From: Nostoc sp. | GTDB taxonomy: Bacteria > Cyanobacteriota > Cyanobacteriia > Cyanobacteriales > Nostocaceae | NCBI RefSeq assembly: GCF_036919595.1 | Contig: NZ_JBALCO010000016.1 | Coordinates: 32,028-96,027 of the forward strand | DNA length: 64,000 bases | Reading direction: 5' to 3' | Shown here: positions 51,143 through 59,967 of the stretch, in pieces | Numbering within the stretch: position 1 is the first letter of the stretch | Layout of the letters: every line of letters starts with the position of its first letter | Program-made: the position numbers and the translations under genes | The notes under the pieces: generated by a model | Seen by the model: only the letters and a program-made list of their open reading frames with translations | What the model was told of the DNA's origin: nothing | The model's database searches: none

Positions 51143-52534
51143 ATGGTAAATCGACGGATTGCAGAAATATTGCGAAGTGGTGAACCTGATGAGTCTCTCC
51201 AAATTCAAGGCTGGGTGCGGACGAAACGCGAGTCCAAAGGGTTTGCTTTTATTGAAGTCAATGACGGCTCATCACTAGCTAATTTGCAAGTCGTCATTAA
51301 TCAGGATTTGCCAGATTACGAAGCTATCTTGAAAAAATTGAATACAGGTGCTGCTGTTGAGGTGACAGGGGCACTAGTGGCTTCTCTTGGTAAAGGACAG
51401 CGGATTGAGTTGAAAGCCGAGTCCGTGAAAGTTTACGGCGAAGCTGATCCCGATACATATCCCCTGCAAAAGAAACGCCATTCCTTTGAGTTTCTGCGAA
51501 CCATTGGACATTTGCGATCGCGTACCAATTCTTTTGGTGCTGTTTTTCGCGTCAGAAATGCTTGTTCGACAGCAATTCACCAATTCTTCCACGAGAGAGG
51601 CTTTTTGTGGATACATACACCCATTATCACTGTTAGCGATTGCGAAGGTGCGGGTGAACTATTTAACGTTACCAGTTTAGATTTAAAGAATATTCCGCGC
51701 ACAGAAAATCAAGCAGTAGATTACAGTCAAGACTTTTTTGCTAAACCCACATATTTAACAGTTAGCGGTCAGTTGGAAGCGGAAGTGATGGCGATGGCGT
51801 TTTCCAACGTTTACACATTTGGCCCTACCTTCCGTGCAGAAAATTCCAACACCTCCCGCCACCTAGCAGAATTTTGGATGGTTGAGCCAGAAATGGCTTT
51901 TTGTGACCTAGAAGGCGATATGGATTTAGCCGAGGCGTTTCTCAAACACATTTTTAAATATGTGTTGGAAACTTGCCCAGAAGACATGGAATTTTTTAAT
52001 GAACGCATTGATAAATCTGTGTTATCAACAGCCGAAAATATTATTAATAATCAGTTTGAACGCTTAACTTATACAGAAGCCATCAAACTTTTAGAAAAAG
52101 CTGATGTAAAATTTGAATATCCTGTAAGTTGGGGTTTAGATTTACAATCAGAACACGAACGTTACCTAGCTGAACAATTATTTAAAAAGCCTGCGATCGT
52201 TACAGATTATCCAGCGCAAATCAAAGCTTTTTATATGCGTTTAAATGACGATGAAAAAACCGTCCGCGCAATGGATATTCTCGCACCCAAAATTGGCGAA
52301 ATTGTCGGCGGTTCCCAGCGCGAAGAACGCCTAGAAGTATTAGAGCGTCGTGTCTTAGCGCAAGGGTTAAAGCCAGAAGATTTGTGGTGGTATCTTGATT
52401 TGCGTCGTTATGGTACTGTTCCCCATGCGGGTTTTGGACTAGGTTTTGAACGACTTGTGCAATTTATGACTGGTATGGGAAATATTCGTGATGTGATTCC
52501 TTTTCCGCGTACACCACAAAGTGCTGAGTTTTAG
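51143..52534 (+). CDS. asnS: Asparagine--tRNA ligase
   Basis: [56 protein letters not shown]. Confidence 0.97.
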   Translation: MVNRRIAEILRSGEPDESLQIQGWVRTKRESKGFAFIEVNDGSSLANLQVVINQDLPDYEAILKKLNTGAAVEVTGALVASLGKGQRIELKAESVKVYGEADPDTYPLQKKRHSFEFLRTIGHLRSRTNSFGAVFRVRNACSTAIHQFFHERGFLWIHTPIITVSDCEGAGELFNVTSLDLKNIPRTENQAVDYSQDFFAKPTYLTVSGQLEAEVMAMAFSNVYTFGPTFRAENSNTSRHLAEFWMVEPEMAFCDLEGDMDLAEAFLKHIFKYVLETCPEDMEFFNERIDKSVLSTAENIINNQFERLTYTEAIKLLEKADVKFEYPVSWGLDLQSEHERYLAEQLFKKPAIVTDYPAQIKAFYMRLNDDEKTVRAMDILAPKIGEIVGGSQREERLEVLERRVLAQGLKPEDLWWYLDLRRYGTVPHAGFGLGFERLVQFMTGMGNIRDVIPFPRTPQSAEF

Positions 52535-52671
52535 TTTTAAACCCAGGCGATTGATTATAAATCGTGTTTACCCAAATCAAGTCCGTCTGCGCGGACTAAT
52601 AAAAACTTTAAAACCCGCATTCACGGGTTTTGCTTGTATAGCCGTGTATTTTCTTAAACGATTAATTAAAA

Positions 52672-52957
52672 TTAAGATTTTTGAATCTCCTCTTGTAAAA
52701 CTTGAATTTGGTCAATAGATAATTCAGTAACTTGAGCAATTTGCTCTAAACTCATTCCAATTCGCAACAAATTTAAAGCCAACTTTCTTGTTGTTTCTGC
52801 TTTGCCTTTGGCTTCGCCTTCTTCTAGGATTTGTTGATAAATGACTGATTCGCGCATAATCTCACTTCTTAAAATCTTGCTAATTACATTTTTATTTAAC
52901 ACCAGACCTGCTAGAATTCCACTGGCAGCAGCTATATTTCTTTGTAGCTGTTGATCT
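52672..52957 (-). pseudogene. C-terminal remnant of an Rpn-family (PD-(D/E)XK nuclease/transposase-like) gene
   Basis: DQQLQRNIAAASGILAGLVLNKNVISKILRSEI-MRESVIYQQILEEGEAKGKAE...LSIDQI; nuclease domain absent. Confidence 0.75.
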
Positions 52958-52975
52958 AACTATTGTAAATTTTAC

Positions 52976-53685
52976 CTACTGTCCAAGTAACTCTTGTCTA
53001 CGCCGCTCTTGTTGCTGCTCATCAACACGTTGCTTTACTTCTTCATACTTTACTGCGGCTGCAAATGCTTCTTCAAAAATTTGTCCACTTAAGTTTTTAC
53101 TTTCATTTTCATCTCTTAACACAGAGATTATCTCCCTTCTTTGTTTATTGTCCAGGGCTAAAAACCATTTTATCAAAGCATTTAATATCATTTTCCTTGA
53201 GATAATTTTATTGTAAAAAATAACACATAAATGACACACGTACACCAAATAGCAATCCCCATTAAAATGCCTAGAATCTACATCTTGACAAGAAGATATT
53301 GCGCTATCTCTAGCGATAGATTTTAACATTGTTTCATCACATTCTTTACTAGATGCATCTTGACTAGCAAGACAATCTAATAACTTTATATCAGGAATAT
53401 TACTCTCATCCACACTATTATATCCATTATAAAATGCTAGGCTTGCAGCAGCTACAGAAGCAGGATATCCATCAACTAATTCTCCTGAAGAGGCTAACCA
53501 AGGAAACTTAGATAAAATTAATAAGTAGTGATATCTATAATCAATGCAAAATGAAACTTTATATCCATTTGATTCGATGCCTGAAAAATTTATTTTTTGT
53601 AATAATCAGGTGAAAATGTATCTTTCTGCCAGCTTTCAGCAACTTGGCTAAGTATCTTCATATTAACCTGTGCATCACTTCTCAT
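52976..53685 (-). pseudogene. Unknown AT-rich gene of about 236 aa, frameshifted in an A6 run
   Basis: The track ORF frame stays open 5' to about 53593; a second frame from ATG 53685 (MRSDAQVNMK...DYYKK) joins it if one A is added at 53593-53598. Confidence 0.5.
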
Positions 53686-53750
53686 TGATGTTAACAACAA
53701 AGCCGAGCTAGTAACGAGCAAAGTTATTAAGCTTTTCACTGTAAAATTTC

Positions 53751-54797
53751 TCATTGATTTTCCTCTCTTATTACTTGTTTTAATTCATCATAAGTTTTAG
53801 GGATGGGATATGTAGATTCCCAAGGATTAGGGATATTAGCCGTATCATCTTTTATATCTATTGCATTTGTGAGTTGTTTTTTTGGAACTTCTTGTTTAGG
53901 TGTTAATTTCCGTGTAATTGAGGTTACTACAGTTGTTTTTGGTTGCTGCTTAATTTGCAAATAAACCTGTTTAGCCTTTTCAAGTTTAATTTTTGTCTGT
54001 CGGTCTTTATCGGCTTGTTGCCTTTTTTGTGCAACTAAAGCATCTTGATGTTCGTTTTCTCTGATCACAGCCTCTAGCTGTTCCCTTTCTGCTGTAGCAG
54101 CAGCTTCTTTTTTAATAGCCGCTTGTTTCTCTTGCTCTGCTTTTAAAGCAGCCTGAAGTTTTTCTTTTTCTATCTCTTCTATTTGAGCTTGTTCGGTTCC
54201 TAATTTGTCAGATGTAGGCAAATTTAGAGAACTTATTGTGGGTTGAGGTTGAGCATTTGGTGGAGTTTCATAAACTTTGGTAACTGGTCTATGAATAGGT
54301 ACTGGGACATTTTCTTCAGGAGAAACAGAAACTAGGTTTTTATTGTTTGGTAGGTTAAGATCAGCAATAAAAACGGCAAAACATCCGACTCCTAAGCCGA
54401 TGAAAACTTGCCAAAGTTTTTGTCTTTTCCGAGTCTGGCTAAAAGGTGCATTGACTGATTTAATTCCACCGACTGATACAGTAACTACAGAACTAGATGA
54501 CGCAGCAGATTTAGACCCATTGTTTGATTGAATTGTCGTTTGTTGGCATAGTATTTTAGGCATTTGTAACGCTTTTTCAATTTCGTTCAATTTCTGCAAA
54601 ATTACTTGCGTATTTTGAGGACGATGATTTGCAATAGGAGCTATCAAATGGTCGATTAAATCTCCCAAAAGGGGAGAAATACTGAGCGCATATTTTCACC
54701 AGTGCAACTCGTTAGTCAAAGGGTCATAAATTTCTTTATCCTGGGGTTCCTTACCTGTGAGCAGAAAAATAAAAGTCCGTCCCAATGCAAAAATGCT
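53751..54797 (-). pseudogene. Ser/Thr protein kinase remnant (C-lobe end + TM + coiled coil)
   Basis: IFALGRTFIFLLTGKEP...ELHW*KYALSISPLLGDLIDHLIAP...RPQNTQVILQKL matches kinase subdomains IX-XI; in-frame TGA 54696-54698; N-lobe and catalytic loop missing. Confidence 0.75.
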
Positions 54798-54945
54798 TGA
54801 TATTTTAATTGCGATCGCACTCAATTTAGTCAATCCCAAGCATTTGAAAAGCTGGTTTACAAACTGTTGTTACTGTACCTCATAAACCTGCAATCTGCTG
54901 TACTTAGCATTTGTCAGTTAAGTATTGAATTTTATACACATAAAT

Positions 54946-54973
54946 TAGGGTTACAACAATTGTTGTAACCCTA
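54946..54973. repeat. Perfect 28-bp palindrome
   Basis: TAGGGTTACAACAA|TTGTTGTAACCCTA. Confidence 0.85.
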
Positions 54974-55192
54974 CAGATTGGCTATATTAAATCTGCTCGA
55001 AAAGCACTATAGAATAACAATTAACTTCATAATTACCGAATTATGAGCAATTTTTTAGATTTACTATATCTAGATTAATGGTTTGCAAAAGCAAATACTT
55101 TCTTGCTTGCCTGTGCAGGATAAGTGACGCTAGTGTTAAAAGAATTGTGCAAAGTAAAACTCGTCATCCCAGAGGTCGAGTAGGAAACTAGA

Positions 55193-55501
55193 ATGGCAAT
55201 TCCAAATAAACAAGTAAAATCTAATATAGATATTTTAGATAATAGACGCACCCAAACTTGTATCCAGATTCGTATTCCTAAAGACTTGCATGAGAAACCA
55301 GCCATTTCACGACTGGTTTCTCACTATAGGGTCATAATAATCATTGCTGATGCTTAGGTAAGCACAAACGTGCCACAACATAGTTGCTTCCATCTACAAC
55401 TGCGAAGTACTGTTTCCCAGATTGAAAGCGCCTTAACTTACCTGGATGAGTTGGGTTTATAAGTTTTGCACCAATCCAGCCCTGAAGAAGATGGGTGGTA
55501 A
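55193..55501 (+). pseudogene. NIL-domain protein with two nonsense codons
   Basis: IQIRIPKDLHEKPAISRLVSHY...IADA*...LQLRSTVSQIESALTYLDELGL*VLHQSSPEEDGW; TAG 55355, TAA 55460. Not in ORF track. Confidence 0.7.
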
Positions 55502-55506
55502 TAAAT

Positions 55507-55572
55507 TTTTGATTTCGGATTTTGGATTTTAGATTGATAATCCAAAATCCAAAATCTAAAATCTAAAATTGG
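55507..55572. repeat. Inverted STRR heptamer arrays (hairpin between convergent genes)
   Basis: GATTTT(C/G/A) units followed by AAAATC(C/T) units. Confidence 0.75.
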
Positions 55573-56253
55573 CTATGCCATTTGATTTTCAATCGCCCAC
55601 CGCGCTAGTTCAGTGCGGTTGTGTAAATTGGTTTTGCCCAACATATTGGACACATGGCTTTCAACTGTACGCTGACTAACATTAAGTTCTTCAGCTATTT
55701 CCCGGTTAGCTAAACCCCTAGCGACAAACTGGACTACTTTCAGTTCGGTTGGGGTTAACTGCACATCGAAGGGAACCTGGATGCGGGAACTGTTTTCGCC
55801 TCCTTTTGCTTGGTGTTCTTTCCAACGGATAGTTTGTTTCAGCGAGGATTCAACTTGTGCTACGAGTTCTTCTGGTTCAAAGGGTTTGACCATATAAACA
55901 TCAGCACCTTTATTTAAACCCTTAACTCGGTCTGCACTTTGTCCCTTAGCTGAAAGGAAAAGAACCGGAATCCAGCTGGTGCGTTCGTTTTGCCGGACTT
56001 GTTCCACAAAAGTATATCCGTCCATTTCCGGCATCATCACGTCGCAGATAATCATGTCTGGAACATCTTGCTCTAAAATTTCCAGAGCTTCACGTCCATT
56101 TTCGGCGGTGATGACTTCGTATCCCCGGAATTCCAAGTAATCCTTCACCAGCAAGATGAGGTTAGGGTCATCATCAATCAATAGAAGTCGTTTGTGATCT
56201 TTCATGCTGGGCTCTTTCATAGCAGTGGCACTTGTCGCGCTTCGGTCCATCAA
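55573..56253 (-). CDS. NarL/LuxR-family response regulator (possibly Rre1/Ycf29-like)
   Basis: LLLIDDDPNL, ICDVMMPEMDG, YMVKPF; LTPTELKV...GLANREIA...RTVESHVSN HTH. Confidence 0.93.
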   Translation of the reverse strand: MMDRSATSATAMKEPSMKDHKRLLLIDDDPNLILLVKDYLEFRGYEVITAENGREALEILEQDVPDMIICDVMMPEMDGYTFVEQVRQNERTSWIPVLFLSAKGQSADRVKGLNKGADVYMVKPFEPEELVAQVESSLKQTIRWKEHQAKGGENSSRIQVPFDVQLTPTELKVVQFVARGLANREIAEELNVSQRTVESHVSNMLGKTNLHNRTELARWAIENQMA

Positions 56254-56578
56254 AGTCTTGAATATTTATCCTCTATGGTGGGTTATTCGAGATGTTGTCC
56301 TTTTTCCTACTTAACTTGCCTTTGCTGTCTCGAAGTCTCAAAAATGCCGAGCACTTTCAATAGACTAGTAGCTCGATAGCAAAAGTCCAGCAAGGATACG
56401 TATAGCAGTAGTATCTATAATGCGCTATTATATATCGCTTTGAAAGGGGCGGGGTAAAAAACACTGATTAAATAATAATCTTTCTGATTCACAAGTAAGT
56501 ATTGGCTTAAAGATGACCCTACCTCAAAACCAACCCGCACTTTCTTAAAGCTTACTGCTATAACATATCCTTCGGTTG

Positions 56579-57056
56579 TTAAGCCTCTATAACGTGTTCA
56601 CAAGAAACTAGGGAAGTTTCTGGCAAAGGATGGGTTGAAAATGCATATTCTTCTACCACCTTATTGCCTATTAAGTGTTCTCGGATGAGCCGCAGGGTAA
56701 CTTCCGGGTTTGCTTGGCGATACCAGGCCCCATCAGGGTAAACCACCATTATGAGTTCAGAACAACAAACGCGCAAGCAGTTGGCTTTAGTTCTAGAGAC
56801 AGACGCAAATGGGATAACTTTGTTGCGGCTCATCAAGTTTTAACTCTTTAAGTCGCTTTTTGAAGTATTCCCAAGATTCCAGACTAGCTCGTTTTGAGCA
56901 GCAGTTAGCAATTGTCTGGTCAGCGCAAATAAAAATGTGTCGCTGAATTTTTGCAAGTCCTAAAGTTTCTACACAATTACTCAGGGCTTGATGTTCGACA
57001 GACTTAGTGGTTTTGGGGATTTGATGGCTAGACTGGATCACTGTATTGTTACTCAT
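56579..57056 (-). pseudogene. Thioredoxin-like (2Fe-2S) ferredoxin, frameshifted
   Basis: RHIFICADQT..CC in one frame and RTKANCLRVC...VVYPDGAWY in another; removing one copy of the AGAC duplication at 56797-56804 fuses them. Confidence 0.8.
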
Positions 57057-57203
57057 TGAGTAGCTCCCTGATTACAGTTCTATAACAATTTCCAAGCTTT
57101 GCAAATAAAGTTGACCAGATAAAAATATTCGTAACTTACGAAACGGAACCTAAAAACTAGAAATAATTAAGCATTTATACTTAAATACCCTGATTCTCTT
57201 CTA

Positions 57204-57219
57204 GTTCGGGAACCCGTAC
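57204..57219 (+). promoter_or_regulatory. K-box
   Basis: GTTCGG-GAAC-CCGTAC matches the cyanobacterial GTTCGG-NNAN-CCNNAC element upstream of groESL. Confidence 0.85.
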
Positions 57220-57258
57220 TCAAGGAATTCTTGCCATTGGACGCCACTTTTCGGTAGA

Positions 57259-57285
57259 TTAGCACTCAGGAGTTGAGAGTGCTAA
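57259..57285 (+). promoter_or_regulatory. CIRCE (HrcA operator)
   Basis: TTAGCACTC-AGGAGTTGA-GAGTGCTAA perfect consensus. Confidence 0.97.
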
Positions 57286-57302
57286 ACTATGGAGGAAATA
57301 AT

Positions 57303-57614
57303 ATGGCTGCTTTATCTTTAAGCGTTTCTACAGTTAAACCTTTGAGCGATCGCGTTTTCGTAAAAGTGAACGCCTCTGAGGAAAAGACCGCAGGTGGTTT
57401 GTATTTGCCCGATACCGCCAAGGAAAAGCCCCAGGTAGGGGAAGTAGTCGCCCTTGGTCCTGGCAAGCGTAACGATGACGGTAGCCGTCAGGAATTGGAA
57501 ATTAAAGTTGGTGATAAGGTGCTGTACTCGAAGTACGCTGGCACCGACATCAAGCTCGGCACCGAAGAATATGTACTGCTTTCTGAAAAAGATATTTTAG
57601 CAGTTGTTATCTAA
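57303..57614 (+). CDS. groES: Co-chaperonin GroES
   Basis: [32 protein letters not shown]; ATG 57303 with GGAGG RBS. Confidence 0.98.
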   Translation: MAALSLSVSTVKPLSDRVFVKVNASEEKTAGGLYLPDTAKEKPQVGEVVALGPGKRNDDGSRQELEIKVGDKVLYSKYAGTDIKLGTEEYVLLSEKDILAVVI

Positions 57615-57740
57615 TGGGTTATGAGGGCTATGGGTTATCAGGTATGGGTTATGGCGTATGGGAACAATCCCCAATCCCCATTACCCCTTATCCCTAGAGG
57701 GAACCCCAAGTTCCCCAATCCCCAATCCCTAATACCCAAT
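57615..57740. repeat. Inverted STRR arrays in the groES-groEL spacer
   Basis: (G/T)GGTTAT/GGGTATG units, then CCCCAAT units. Confidence 0.75.
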
Positions 57741-57773
57741 TCAAGAAAAAATTGACCTAATCCCTGGATTTAG

Positions 57774-59414
<1,641 letters not shown>

Positions 59415-59437
59415 TACTTTGTAGTTACATAAGTTGT

Positions 59438-59477
59438 AAAACAGCCGCTTTCCTTGTAGAGGCGGCTGTTTTTTTTT
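59438..59477 (+). terminator. groESL intrinsic terminator
   Basis: AAAACAGCCGC / GCGGCTGTTTT stem followed by a T-run. Confidence 0.9.
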
Positions 59478-59514
59478 GTCAAGATTCAGGTGTTTCTAAC
59501 GAGAAAATAACGAA

Positions 59515-59955
59515 ATGGAAGATTACCAAGCCGCTTTTATGCAGCGTCACCTTGATACTGAAATATTATGTAGAAAAGAATCGGAAAGAAGAGTAGCCGC
59601 TATGCACTTTGGAGGTGTAACCATTGAGTGTTTATTAAAAGCAATGATTTTTGCTACCTTAGCAAAGGGTGCAACTCAGGAATGGAAGACAGATTCTACT
59701 AATCCTGGGCATACTATTACTAATCCGGGACATAGTTATATAGAAGCATTAAATCGGCACAATCGACTTAAATCTAGAATTGCTAATTTTCCTGAAGTGC
59801 GAAAATGGCTTAATGAAGTGGAAAATCCAAATAGCCAAAATTTTATAGATATGCGTTATTGTGGCCTTGAGCCTGATGATGAAAGTTACAAACGCTGGTT
59901 AAAAGCTTATCAGAATATCAAGGGGTGGTTACAAAAGCAAGCTACTCAACTTTAA
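59515..59955 (+). CDS. HEPN-domain protein
   Basis: HFGGVTIECLLKAMI (ExxLKA), GHSYIEAL (H..L) and DMRY (RY) in an all-helical 146-aa protein: pattern of MNT-associated HEPN domains. Confidence 0.7.
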   Translation: MEDYQAAFMQRHLDTEILCRKESERRVAAMHFGGVTIECLLKAMIFATLAKGATQEWKTDSTNPGHTITNPGHSYIEALNRHNRLKSRIANFPEVRKWLNEVENPNSQNFIDMRYCGLEPDDESYKRWLKAYQNIKGWLQKQATQL

Positions 59956-59967
59956 AGAGGTGGTCAA

